Assembly: GCA_934635225.1 (NCBI GenBank)
Contig: CAKTYZ010000014.1
Span: 25,597 to 89,596, forward strand
DNA: 64,000 nucleotides
Origin: an uncultured Kiritimatiellota bacterium
GTDB taxonomy: Bacteria > Verrucomicrobiota > Kiritimatiellia > RFP12 > UBA1067
Direction of reading: 5' to 3'
The notes under the pieces are model-generated. The model was not told the DNA's origin. It ran no database searches and saw only the letters and a list, made by a program, of their open reading frames with translations. Positions 54,301 to 63,189 of the stretch are shown here, one piece after another; position 1 is the stretch's first letter; every line of letters begins with the position of its first letter. A program made the translations under genes and the position numbers.

Positions 54301-54979
54301 CGGGGCGTCGGGCTTCGGTCTGCAGACGGGCGGCAGCCTGTCTGTGAAGGCAAGCGAGGCCACCGCCGTCCTCGGCTACGGTTCGGGCACGGGTGAATAC
54401 ATCCTCTCGAACGGCACGTTCGCCGTGAACCGTCCGCTCTATGTTGGCGGCTGCCTGAGCGCAGACCTGTTGCGGCAGTACGGCTTTTCCGTCAATGCGG
54501 CGCACGCCCCCGGCCGCCGCGCGGCGACGGGCCGCCTCTTTGCGCGCGGCGGCACGCTGGCGGCGACAAACGAGCTGGGCATCGTCGTCGGCGCGGACGG
54601 ACGCGGACGTCTGGAGATCGGGCCTTCCGGCAACGTGACGACGACGACGCTCGTCCTTTCCAACAAGGTCGAGGGCGTGCTCGCCTTCGAGCTTGGCGCG
54701 CGCAAGGCGGGAACGCTCAAGGCGGACAAGCTCGTGATTGCGCCGGGCGCGAAGCTGGAGATCGACGCGACGGCGTTCGAGGCGGCAAAGCGTTCCATCG
54801 TCCGTCTGGCAACGTGCACGTCGATTGAGGGCTCCTTTGCGGCGAAAGACGTCTCCATCAAGATTCCCGAGGGACAGGAAAGCCTCTTCAAGAGCGCGGC
54901 GATCCTTACGGAATGGAATGGGGAGAGCGGCCTGTGGTTCAGGCTGCCGTCTCGGGGGTTCATGCTTCTCGTGCGCTAA
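51359..54979 (+). CDS. Large secreted autotransporter-associated beta-strand-repeat protein (about 1206 aa)
   Basis: Signal peptide ..ATVSAAP, YVWTGAKDAYWTNAANWT, and repeated GSGAWTLTAKNTFTGGTTVSAGTLALA-type units. Gly/Thr/Ala-rich throughout. Confidence 0.75.
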   Translation: MMNAQTVCLGRRVIVGLALSVAATVSAAPTEYVWTGAKDAYWTNAANWTVDDAVATDVPGVRFLTKGPDWKTFTNLNATASFGAVVDGAPTTINLDGLFFVSNLVVRAGAPKYTFGANLPGADKQFLGIAHEGGRFTVKTGAAAPTVTGVYGLLYYPGMPELEADTYGTPNEARFVNESDEELVLSNFGYKSPNASSVNMWCRSFGFGGTGKVKIDSWSQSQSCVGLNLYPEGDQRLCLVGTTAAPTINQLVRRIQVGGGRKATVEVLEKMLELGQGLKVKSENKPSGENIPVISVRDSGTRLTFTGAGIVGLRGQSKSRPNVDGPGYILAGANIDEGAELVFDCLVDGLSGTKTYPNRKDQDGFYFHRGAGTLSFTCVTNAFSGGIDLLSVEEENATLAFTDPAQLGPGAIRIGNAGRLLYTGTEALEFVKDLAITNKSVELDFVKTTSVAPSATVEQGGAGALTVMSPVDVSGTDGTAVLTLANSTASAATWAGVLKDAADSSTLALAKTGSGAWTLTAKNTFTGGTTVSAGTLALAAEAGLASPVTIKGGATFAPAKGADLTSPVTIEDGGTLLIDESQTLPFAVKAASGMAKLELAPGIRVELPVSSGAETGAKLVVCLGEGARVKMADGLTPDWLGLASSRGLFVPMTTDHEGWLMSAETEWRGEDGASWTKAANWTADVPTTKRVGFVNLVGQTVEVPADATATPVGTVELEAGTVSVKGTLPIAIPESHERFVVGSQGALQIDGGTVTAAHAKGADDYALHLDGGTLALAGAATLDLTGSKGLLGTGSVTVDTADGAAIQVMKADKQEAVFSTGDSEGTLEMTVGRKPFKSQATGYVSFGDSQKGTFRLTVEDKGTGNPGDSLFFPANLHPRGVYAGRQSGRTEIVLQSGSLQGGNQGVTVATATAADAAVTGRVVVAGGRVYASSGYVGSSWSGIGFGVSSQATDPAAVRGELLLEAGEVSVVGKSPLGFGIGGASGFGLQTGGSLSVKASEATAVLGYGSGTGEYILSNGTFAVNRPLYVGGCLSADLLRQYGFSVNAAHAPGRRAATGRLFARGGTLAATNELGIVVGADGRGRLEIGPSGNVTTTTLVLSNKVEGVLAFELGARKAGTLKADKLVIAPGAKLEIDATAFEAAKRSIVRLATCTSIEGSFAAKDVSIKIPEGQESLFKSAAILTEWNGESGLWFRLPSRGFMLLVR

Positions 54980-54997
54980 GCGTCTTGTCTGCTCGCC

Positions 54998-57634
54998 GTG
55001 AAGAACTGCCTTCTGATCACCTGTTGGGCCGTTTCCTTCGCGGCGGCATCCTTTGCGGCCGACACGGTCGTGCCCGTCCTTTCGTTTGACGCGGCGGACG
55101 TCTGCAAGGGTGCGGGCTTCTCCACGTGGGGCGGCGAGAAGAGGGGGCGCGCGGCGTTCGACGCCGAAACGGGCGGGCTGCGGCTCGCGTGGACCAACTC
55201 CGTGGGCGGATTCGCTCTTGGGGAGGCCTTGAACGCGAGCTTCTCCAATGCGGTCGCCCAAAGTGCCGGATTCCTGACATATGTGCAGCTGACGCTCTCG
55301 GCGCGCACGCTGGGGTGTCTGCCGTTGATGCGCAGCAAGACGCCCCTTGGGTATTACAGCAATGTCATTGGACTGAACGCGGATGGTCGCGTCCATGTCG
55401 TGTGCGTGCGACCGGGCGGCTTTGCACGAGCCAGTGGCCCGTTTGACCCGAAGGCCATGCGCACCTTTGACATTGGCGTTCCCGGAGGCAGCGGCGACGT
55501 CACGCTGAAGGCCGTCGCGCTCGTCCTCAGCGATGCGCGGCGTCCCACGCCCGAACCCGAGGTCGGCGTGGACGACTTCCGGCTCTTCCCCGAGCCGCGC
55601 GTCTTCCGTCCCGGCGCGGCGACCTTCCCTCTCGACGGCTTTGCCGCGCCGCAGGGTTTCGGATCGGGGGCTGATCGGGCCGTGCAGTGGTTCGCCGCGC
55701 ATGCGGCGCGCTTTTGGGGGGCTCCCTTTGCGGCGACGAACGGGTTGCCGATCGTCTTTGCGCGTGCGGACACGCCGGAGGGCCAGGCCGTGCGCACGCG
55801 TCTCGGGCTCGTGCGCAACTTCGACCGCGTGCGGGCCGACGGCTACGCTTTTGCCGTGCGCGCGAACGGCGTTGACCTCATCGCGGCGGATGAGATGGGG
55901 CTGATGAACGGCGCACGCGCGCTGATGGACACGATTCATCTCGCGACAGGGGATGTCGGCCCGGCGAAAGTGCGCGCCGTTGCGGTCGTTGACTGGCCGC
56001 GCCTCGAAAATCGCCTGTTCTACCTGCAGCTGCCGGCGGCGTCAGACGATGGCGAGGTCGTTACGCCGGCCGTCCTCGATTCGCTTTTCGAGCGTTTCGT
56101 CTATCCCGCGCGCCTGAATCTCGTCGCGCTGGATCCCGTCGGGCGCTACCGCTTTGCCTGCGATCCCGAATCGGGCTTCCGGCCCGGCTCTTGGCAGCCC
56201 GCCGACCTGACGAACATGGTTGACCGTCTGAATGGCGTGGGGGTGAAGGCCGTTCCTTTCGTGATGTCGCCCGGCCACCAGTGGAACGGCCTCCTGCATG
56301 GCTGTCGCCACATGGACTTGAGCGAGAACGGCGACCACCAGTCCCTGTGCGTTCGGAATCCGAAGACTTACGAGATGCTTTTCGCCCGCATGGCCGAAGT
56401 GGAGAGCATCTGCTCGCACAATCCCGGCGGAAAGTCCGGCTACTTCTACACGGGCGGGGACGAGGTGCGTTGGCGCGACAAGGACAAGGACGGGCGGGAA
56501 TGTCCGCGTTGCAAGGGGATTCCGCGCAATGAGCTTCTGCTGGGCCACGTCACGCGCGTCAACGACTGGTGTCGCGCGCGCGGCTATGCGATGCTGACGT
56601 GTTCCGACATGTATGCGTCGCAGCACAATGGCTATAACGACATCAAGGGCGCACGGGTCGCGAAGCGGTTGCCCAAGTCCGTCCAGCTCGTCCACTGGTC
56701 GGCGCTTGACTGGGACGAGCTGCCGTTCTGGCGGGCGTGCGGCATGAAGAGCTGGCGCATCATGACGGCGTACAACGATGACCCGGTCGGTCAGACGGGG
56801 CTTGTCGGGAACGGCATCGCGATGTACGTGGACCGGTGGTGGCTCTCGAACGCGCGCGGGCTGGCGAGCGAAGGCTATTCGCCGGTTGCGATTGCGCTGG
56901 CGGGCGCGGACGGTTGGGGAAAGCCGCCCGCCTATCCGCAAAGCGCAAGCGACCGTCTGGACACATGGGGCAACTACCTCATGCGACGGTGGAGCCGTCA
57001 GCCGATACCCCAGGGAAGCGCACGTCTCACCCCTGTCGATTTCATCTGGAAGGCCAATGCGACGGCGCCCTCGACGCATGACGCCTCGCGCACGTCGGCG
57101 GGCGGCGTGCCCGTCTCGCTCGTGCGGGACGGCGAGGCGGGCGTGCGCGTTCTGGAGGCTGACGACGCGGAGCATGCGCTTCCGCTTGGCCGGCGTGCCA
57201 GTTCGCTCGTCTTCTGGCAGACGGCCGAACTCGCGTCGGCAGACAAGACGACGTTCAACGACCGCACGTTCAACAAGAACAAGCTTTTCGGCCTGCCCGT
57301 CGCCACATGGCGCGTTGCGTACGACGACGGCTCTTGCCACGACCTTGTCGTGCGCTATGGCTGGAACGTCGGGGATGTCAACCCGCGCGCCAACGGGTCC
57401 AGCCGATGTTCGTATGGGCGCTGCATTGGCGATGCGCGCTACGCCTGGCCGGATTCCCGGGAACGCACGGTCTACGCGCACGAGTGGGTGAATCCGCATC
57501 CCGAGAAGGAGATCGTCTCGCTCACGCTGGCGGCTCAGCCGACGGTCATCCGCTATGAGCTCTGGGCCTTGACCGCACGGGCCTGTGCGGACGATATCCG
57601 TCCGAAAACTGACTTGGCAGGGAGGTCTGACTGA
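54998..57634 (+). CDS. Secreted GH20-like (beta-hexosaminidase-family) protein with extra N- and C-terminal domains
   Basis: Signal peptide. DGYAFAVRANGVDLIAADEMGLMNGARALMDTI (GH20b-like), VVDWPRLENRLFYLQL (compare DxPRFxxRGxxLD) and YFYTGGDEVRW (compare HxGGDE). GTG start. Confidence 0.5.
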   Translation: MKNCLLITCWAVSFAAASFAADTVVPVLSFDAADVCKGAGFSTWGGEKRGRAAFDAETGGLRLAWTNSVGGFALGEALNASFSNAVAQSAGFLTYVQLTLSARTLGCLPLMRSKTPLGYYSNVIGLNADGRVHVVCVRPGGFARASGPFDPKAMRTFDIGVPGGSGDVTLKAVALVLSDARRPTPEPEVGVDDFRLFPEPRVFRPGAATFPLDGFAAPQGFGSGADRAVQWFAAHAARFWGAPFAATNGLPIVFARADTPEGQAVRTRLGLVRNFDRVRADGYAFAVRANGVDLIAADEMGLMNGARALMDTIHLATGDVGPAKVRAVAVVDWPRLENRLFYLQLPAASDDGEVVTPAVLDSLFERFVYPARLNLVALDPVGRYRFACDPESGFRPGSWQPADLTNMVDRLNGVGVKAVPFVMSPGHQWNGLLHGCRHMDLSENGDHQSLCVRNPKTYEMLFARMAEVESICSHNPGGKSGYFYTGGDEVRWRDKDKDGRECPRCKGIPRNELLLGHVTRVNDWCRARGYAMLTCSDMYASQHNGYNDIKGARVAKRLPKSVQLVHWSALDWDELPFWRACGMKSWRIMTAYNDDPVGQTGLVGNGIAMYVDRWWLSNARGLASEGYSPVAIALAGADGWGKPPAYPQSASDRLDTWGNYLMRRWSRQPIPQGSARLTPVDFIWKANATAPSTHDASRTSAGGVPVSLVRDGEAGVRVLEADDAEHALPLGRRASSLVFWQTAELASADKTTFNDRTFNKNKLFGLPVATWRVAYDDGSCHDLVVRYGWNVGDVNPRANGSSRCSYGRCIGDARYAWPDSRERTVYAHEWVNPHPEKEIVSLTLAAQPTVIRYELWALTARACADDIRPKTDLAGRSD

Positions 57635-58710
57635 TGATGTTGCGCGAAACGAGGCGGGGTTGCCTGTTCCTGTTGCTGTCGTGCGTTGCCGTTGCCGCAG
57701 ACGGTGTTCTCGCGGCAGATGATGTCGGCCGCTGCGACCCCGTGCCGGTGAAGAAGGCGGTCAGGGTCGTTCGCCGCGAGATCAAGGTCGCCATTGTCGG
57801 CGCCGATCGCCCCGTCGGCCCAAAGGACATTCGCGACGCGACGCCCGAGGGCTGCTTCGCCTACTGGAAGCGGTGGATGGACCGCGAAATCGCCAACAAG
57901 CCCGACCTCGTCGTCCTGCCGGAAGGATGCGTCTCGTATCGCGGCTACGGGCCGGACAAGAAGCGGACCGTTGTGCGGAAATTCGGCGACCGTTTGCTGA
58001 AGATGTTCCAGTCGTATGCGCGCGAACACGCCTGTTACCTTTCTTTCAACGCCTATCGCGAACGGACTGACGGGCGGTTCGGCAACACGTCCTTCTTCAT
58101 TGACCGGGAAGGCGACGTCATCGGGGTGTACGACAAGGTCTACCCGACGCCGTTGGAGATCGAGTGGAAGGAGTTCCCCATCGTCCCAGGAGAAGGGCCG
58201 GTCGTCGTCGATACGGACTTCGGGCGCGTCGGTTTCGCAATCTGCTTCGATCTCAACTTCCGCGATCTCATCGAGGCGTATGCCCGTGAGAAGCCGGATG
58301 TCATCTGCTTCCAGAGCGCTTACGACGGTGACTTCTGGCGTCGGGTGTGGAGCTACACGTGCCGGTCTTACCTGATCGGCTGCACGGTTGGCCCACTCGC
58401 GAAGGAAATCGACGGCCCTTCGGGCGAGGTGCTGATGCACAGCCACAACTACTTCTTTACCTCGACGACGAAGATCAACACCAACTGCCGCGTCATCCAC
58501 CTCGACGACAACTGGGGTGGCATTCAGAAGGCCATCGACAAGTACGGCGACCGTTTCGAGATGCGCAATCCCGGTGCCGTCGGCGTCGTCACGGTCCTCT
58601 CGAACGATCCGATGAAGCCCATCGACGAGATCATCGGGGAGTTCGGCCTTGTGCCGTGGGATGACTACTACGCGCGGAGCGTCCGCCTTCGCGGCGGCAC
58701 GGTGAGGTGA
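57634..58710 (+). CDS. Exported carbon-nitrogen hydrolase (nitrilase superfamily)
   Basis: Signal peptide. LVVLPEG (Glu), YDKVYP (Lys) and GFAICFDLNF (Cys) triad context. TGATG overlap with the upstream gene; SD gggagg. Confidence 0.75.
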   Translation: MMLRETRRGCLFLLLSCVAVAADGVLAADDVGRCDPVPVKKAVRVVRREIKVAIVGADRPVGPKDIRDATPEGCFAYWKRWMDREIANKPDLVVLPEGCVSYRGYGPDKKRTVVRKFGDRLLKMFQSYAREHACYLSFNAYRERTDGRFGNTSFFIDREGDVIGVYDKVYPTPLEIEWKEFPIVPGEGPVVVDTDFGRVGFAICFDLNFRDLIEAYAREKPDVICFQSAYDGDFWRRVWSYTCRSYLIGCTVGPLAKEIDGPSGEVLMHSHNYFFTSTTKINTNCRVIHLDDNWGGIQKAIDKYGDRFEMRNPGAVGVVTVLSNDPMKPIDEIIGEFGLVPWDDYYARSVRLRGGTVR

Positions 58711-58945
58711 ATGCGGCCTTTGCGTCTGGTTGTCGGAAACATCGGCAAGCCATGCGATGACGGCGATTTCCGCACGCCTGAAAAAGTTCAGGGGCCCCCT
58801 TGTGCAATGGTGCGGAAAATGATAGACTTTCGGTGCGTGATTCCTCGGCGGCGGAGTGGCTTCGGCGGGTGTCAGCAAGCCACGCGGCTTGCCTCGTCAA
58901 CCTCGCGAAAGAGGGGTCTTGCAGTTCCTCAATAAGGAAAACTTG

Positions 58946-60361
58946 ATGATGATTAAGACCTTGATTCTGACGGCGGTGATGTCCGCGACCCTGCTTTCGG
59001 CTTCGGCCTTTGACGCGCTCAAAGACCGTCCGACGCCTCCGAAGAGCATCTTCGGCGAGACGCAGGCCCAACGCGACGCCCGCCGCGCGTGGTGGACGCA
59101 CGACCGCTTCGGCATGTTCATCCACTTCGGGCTTTACTCTGCGCTTGCGCGTCATGAATGGGTGCAGTCATACGAACGCATTGCGCCGGATGCCTACGAA
59201 AAGCGTTATCTGCCGCATTTCGACCCTGACCTCTTCGATGCGCGCGATTGGGCGCGCCGCGCGAAGAAAGCCGGCATGAAGTACATGGTCCTCACCGCGA
59301 AGCACCACGAGGGCTTCTGCCTCTGGGACACGCAGACGACCGACTTCAAGATCACGAACACCGCCTTCAAGCGCGACCTCGTGCGCGAGTACGTCGAGGC
59401 GGCGCGCGCGGAGGGCCTGCATGTCGGGTTCTATTTCTCGATCAAGGACTGGCACCATCCTGACTACCTGATCGACGCCACGCATCCGCTCCGCCCGAAG
59501 GCCGGGTTCACCGACGAGTCCTACGAGAAGGCCAACGCAGGCCGCGACTGGAAACGCTACCGTGACTACATGTACGCGCAGGTGAAGGAGCTCCTTACGA
59601 ACTACGGCAAGATCGACATCATCTGGTTCGACTACACGGTCAAGGCGAAGTACGGCAAGAACTGGAAGCACTGGGAGTCGGTCGAGCTTCTGAAGCTCAC
59701 GCGCAAGCTCCAGCCCGACATCCTCGTCGACAGCCGCCTTGACCTCATGGACACCGAGGACGGCTGGGACTTCGTCACGCCCGAGCAGTGCCGCGTCACC
59801 CAGTGGCCGCAGGTGGACGGGAAGAACGCGCCGTGGGAGACGTGCCAGACGTTCTCCGGCTCGTGGGGCTACTACCGCGACGAGGAGACGTGGAAGAGCC
59901 CGCATCAGCTCATCGAGCTTCTCGTCAACTCCGTCGCCTACGGCGGCAACCTCATCCTCAACGTCGGCCCAACGGCGCGCGGCGTGTTTGACGCGCGCGC
60001 CTGTTCACGCCTCGACGCGATTGGCGAATGGATGCGCTTCAACAGCCGGGCGATCTACGGGTGCACCGCCGCGCCGGCCGCGTTCAAGACGCCGGTCGAT
60101 TCGCTGCTTACCTACAACCCCGAGACGAACCGGCTCTATGTCCACCTCGTCAACTACCCGATGGGCGCGCTGCCGTTCGACTTCGCGGACAAGGTCGAGT
60201 ACGCGCAGTTCCTGCATGATGGCTCGGAGCTGACGGTCCGCAAGGGCGCGGCGATCCAGCATTCGCAGGGCGGCGATCTCGGCCGACGCGACTACCTTGT
60301 CCTGCCGATGAAGAAGCCGGCCGTCGAGATCCCCGTCGTCGAACTTTGGCTCAGGCGATAA
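58946..60361 (+). CDS. Alpha-L-fucosidase (GH29), secreted
   Basis: WWTHDRFGMFIHFGLYS, KYMVLTAKHHEGFCLWDT and IIWFDY. Confidence 0.9.
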   Translation: MMIKTLILTAVMSATLLSASAFDALKDRPTPPKSIFGETQAQRDARRAWWTHDRFGMFIHFGLYSALARHEWVQSYERIAPDAYEKRYLPHFDPDLFDARDWARRAKKAGMKYMVLTAKHHEGFCLWDTQTTDFKITNTAFKRDLVREYVEAARAEGLHVGFYFSIKDWHHPDYLIDATHPLRPKAGFTDESYEKANAGRDWKRYRDYMYAQVKELLTNYGKIDIIWFDYTVKAKYGKNWKHWESVELLKLTRKLQPDILVDSRLDLMDTEDGWDFVTPEQCRVTQWPQVDGKNAPWETCQTFSGSWGYYRDEETWKSPHQLIELLVNSVAYGGNLILNVGPTARGVFDARACSRLDAIGEWMRFNSRAIYGCTAAPAAFKTPVDSLLTYNPETNRLYVHLVNYPMGALPFDFADKVEYAQFLHDGSELTVRKGAAIQHSQGGDLGRRDYLVLPMKKPAVEIPVVELWLRR

Positions 60362-60480
60362 GATGCCGCAAAGGCCTGGTTCTTTAGCCTCTTGGGCCAT
60401 TTCGATGGCCGGGGACGGCGTCATTCCGACGGCCCTGTTCTCCTCCAGAATTTACCCCCTTGCGGGCTAAGCGCACTTTT

Positions 60481-60489
60481 TGGTATACT
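60481..60489 (+). promoter_or_regulatory. Extended -10-like box TGGTATACT upstream of rpmJ
   Basis: One mismatch to the recurrent 9-mer, 38 nt before ATG 60528. Confidence 0.45.
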
Positions 60490-60527
60490 ATTTGCCTATT
60501 CGACCACTCTAAAGAGTTAAACACAAA

Positions 60528-60641
60528 ATGAAAGTACGTAGTTCCGTTCGTCGCATTTGCGAGAACTGCCGCATCATTCGCCGCAAGGGCGTGGTGCGCG
60601 TGATCTGCACCAACCCGCGCCACAAGCAGTGTCAGGGTTAA
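60528..60641 (+). CDS. rpmJ: 50S ribosomal protein L36
   Basis: Not in the ORF track because it is too short. It translates to [37 protein letters not shown]. Confidence 0.95.
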   Translation: MKVRSSVRRICENCRIIRRKGVVRVICTNPRHKQCQG

Positions 60642-60659
60642 GAAAGGTAACAATAAACT

Positions 60660-61040
60660 ATGCCTAGACTGATGGGTGTGGACATTCCGGGGAAGAAGCA
60701 CATTCGCTTCGCGCTCCGTTATATCCATGGTATTGGGCCGAAGCGCGCCGATGACGTGCTGGCGGCGGTCAAGGTCGATCCGATAAAGAAGGCGGATGAC
60801 ATCACGCAGGACGAGATCCATGCGATCACGACGTACATTCAGGATCATTACCGCGTTGAGGGTGACCTTCGCCGTGAGGTCTCGCAGAACATCCGCCGCC
60901 TGATCCAGATCGGGTCCTACCGTGGTCTCCGCCACAAGAAGGGCCTTCCGGTTCGCGGTCAGCGCACGAAGACGAACGCCCGCACCCGCAAGGGCGGAAA
61001 GCGCGTCTCCATCGCGATGCCGAAGCAGGCCGGTCGCTAA
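60660..61040 (+). CDS. rpsM: 30S ribosomal protein S13
   Basis: MPRLMGVDIPGKKHIRFALRYIHGIG..YRGLRHKKGLPVRGQRTKTNART. Confidence 0.95.
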   Translation: MPRLMGVDIPGKKHIRFALRYIHGIGPKRADDVLAAVKVDPIKKADDITQDEIHAITTYIQDHYRVEGDLRREVSQNIRRLIQIGSYRGLRHKKGLPVRGQRTKTNARTRKGGKRVSIAMPKQAGR

Positions 61041-61057
61041 GAGGGGGGTAATTTAAA

Positions 61058-61507
61058 ATGGCAGAAGAAATCAAGAAAGACGCCGCGCCTGTTGAGGCGC
61101 CCGCCGCCGCTCCGGCCGCCGAGGGCGAAGCCGAGGTCAAGGCGAAGAAGTCGGGCAAGTCGATTCCGGCTGGGATTGCGTTCATCCGCTCGACGTTCAA
61201 CAACACGCAGGTTTCCATCGCCGATGCGCGTGGTGGCGTGATCAGCTGGAGCTCGGCCGGCAAGGCCGGTTTCAAGGGTTCCCGCAAGTCCACCGCGTTC
61301 GCGGCGACGATGGTCGCTCAGGATGCGGCGCGCGTTGCGGTCGCCAAGGGCATGCACGAGTGTGAAGTTCGCATGCAGGGTGCGGGCGCCGGTCGTGAAA
61401 GCGCGGTTCGCGCGATTCAGGCTGCGGGCATCCGCGTCACTCAGATTACGGATACTACGCCGGTTCCGCACAATGGTTGCCGCGCTCGCAAGCGCAGGAG
61501 GGTCTAA
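61058..61507 (+). CDS. rpsK: 30S ribosomal protein S11 (with an A/P/E-rich N-terminal extension of about 25 aa)
   Basis: [45 protein letters not shown]. Confidence 0.95.
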   Translation: MAEEIKKDAAPVEAPAAAPAAEGEAEVKAKKSGKSIPAGIAFIRSTFNNTQVSIADARGGVISWSSAGKAGFKGSRKSTAFAATMVAQDAARVAVAKGMHECEVRMQGAGAGRESAVRAIQAAGIRVTQITDTTPVPHNGCRARKRRRV

Positions 61508-61509
61508 TC

Positions 61510-62139
61510 ATGGGTCGTTATACAGGTCCCGTTTGTCGTCAGTGCCGCCGCGAAGGGCAGAAGCTCTTCCTCAAGGGTGCGCGTTGCTATATGGCCAAGT
61601 GCCCGATTGAGCAGGGCACGGGTGCGCCTGGCATGCATGTCGGTCGCCGCATGAAGAAGATGTCCGAATACGGCTCTCAGCTCCGCCAAAAGCAGTCGCT
61701 CCGCCGTCAGTATGGCATGGGCGAGCTGCAGTTCCATCGCTTCTTCGAGGAAGCCCTCCGCAAGGATGGCGTCACGGGCGAGAACCTCCTGCAGATGCTG
61801 GAGATGCGCTTGGACAACGTTGTCTATCGCCTTGGCTTCGCGCCGAGCCGCCGTGCGGCACGCCAGTTCGTGCTTCATGGGCATATCCTCGTGAACGACC
61901 GCAAGGCCGCGATTCCCTCGCACGTCCTCAGAGTCGGCGATGTCGTGTCCGTCAAGGACGCCGCAAAGTCGAAGGACGCGGCGAACCGTTCGGTCGAGGC
62001 CGCGACGGGTGCGCAGCTGCCCATGTGGGTTCAGTTCGACAAGGCCAATCTCAAGGCCGAGATCCTCGCCGTCCCGACGCGTGAGCAGATCGCTCCGATC
62101 GTTGACGAGCAGGCCATCGTCGAACTTTATTCGCGTTAA
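61510..62139 (+). CDS. rpsD: 30S ribosomal protein S4
   Basis: MGRYTGPVCRQCRREGQKLFLKGARC..YGSQLRQKQ..RLDNVVYRLGFA. Confidence 0.95.
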   Translation: MGRYTGPVCRQCRREGQKLFLKGARCYMAKCPIEQGTGAPGMHVGRRMKKMSEYGSQLRQKQSLRRQYGMGELQFHRFFEEALRKDGVTGENLLQMLEMRLDNVVYRLGFAPSRRAARQFVLHGHILVNDRKAAIPSHVLRVGDVVSVKDAAKSKDAANRSVEAATGAQLPMWVQFDKANLKAEILAVPTREQIAPIVDEQAIVELYSR

Positions 62140-62178
62140 TCGGAGTTCTAATCGTCAACCTACCAAAGGGGGTAATAC

Positions 62179-63177
62179 ATGCCTATCCGTTTGAGCCCTT
62201 TCGAGATGCCGCATAATGTCCAGGTCCTGGACGAAGGCAGGACCGCGACCTACACTCGCTTTGTTGCGGAACCGTTCGAAATCGGCTATGCGCGGACGAT
62301 CGGCAACTCCCTCCGTCGTGTTCTTCTGAGCTCGATCGAGGGGGCGGCGATTTGTTCCGTCAAGATCAAGGGCGTCAACCACGAGTTCTCGACGATCAAG
62401 GGCTGCGCGGAAGATGTCACCGACATCATTCTCAACCTGAAGCGCGTGCTTCTGAAGACCTACAATCGTGACCCGATGAGCATCTCGCTCAAGGCGCAAG
62501 GGCCGAAGACCGTGACGGCGGGTGATTTTGCGCAGGAGAACAACATTCAGGTGTTGAATCCGAAGCAGGAAATCTGCACGCTTGACGTGGACGGCGAACT
62601 TGAGATGGAGTGCGAGGTCCGGACGGGCCGTGGCTTCTGTCTGGCCGACGGGAACAAGAAGCCCGAGCAGGAAATCGGCCGAATCGCGATCGATTCGATC
62701 TTCTCGCCCGTCACGCGCGTGAACTTCCTTGTGGAGAACACCCGTGTCGGACAGCGTACGGACTACGAAAAGCTCGTGCTGGACGTTTGGACCGACGGTC
62801 GCATCTCGCCCGAGGAGGCGCTCAAGACAGCCGGCGCGGTTCTGCGTCGCCACCTTGACGTCTTCGTCGATTATGCGGGTGTCGAGACGCTGGAATTCGT
62901 TGATACGGACAAGAAGGACGCGGACGAGCGCGAACGCCTCCGCAAGATTCTCAACATGTCCGTGAACGAGGTCGAGCTCTCCGTCCGTGCGGCGAACTGC
63001 CTTAACAACGCGAACATCTCCACCGTCGGCGAGCTGGTCTCGAAGACCGAGGCGGACATGCTCAAGTATCGCAACTTCGGCAAGAAGTCGCTCACCGAAA
63101 TCAAGGCGAAGCTCGTGTCGATGGGTCTTTCGCTGGGCTACAAGTTCGATCCGGACCTGTTGGCCGCCAAGAAGTAA
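62179..63177 (+). CDS. rpoA: DNA-directed RNA polymerase subunit alpha
   Basis: GYARTIGNSLRRVLLSSIEGAA; C-terminal domain VNEVELSVRAANCLNNANISTVGELV. Confidence 0.95.
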   Translation: MPIRLSPFEMPHNVQVLDEGRTATYTRFVAEPFEIGYARTIGNSLRRVLLSSIEGAAICSVKIKGVNHEFSTIKGCAEDVTDIILNLKRVLLKTYNRDPMSISLKAQGPKTVTAGDFAQENNIQVLNPKQEICTLDVDGELEMECEVRTGRGFCLADGNKKPEQEIGRIAIDSIFSPVTRVNFLVENTRVGQRTDYEKLVLDVWTDGRISPEEALKTAGAVLRRHLDVFVDYAGVETLEFVDTDKKDADERERLRKILNMSVNEVELSVRAANCLNNANISTVGELVSKTEADMLKYRNFGKKSLTEIKAKLVSMGLSLGYKFDPDLLAAKK

Positions 63178-63189
63178 GGAATTGATAAC

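Noticed and set aside
27014-60400. Genomic island integrated next to tRNA-Val, or a mobile element splitting the ribosomal-protein operon.
   Set aside because: There is no integrase, recombinase, transposase or direct repeat of the tRNA 3' end. The genes directly after the tRNA (cytX, glyQS, adk, map) and ruvB inside the block are core functions. Apart from 4.1-7.8 kb, composition looks native by eye.
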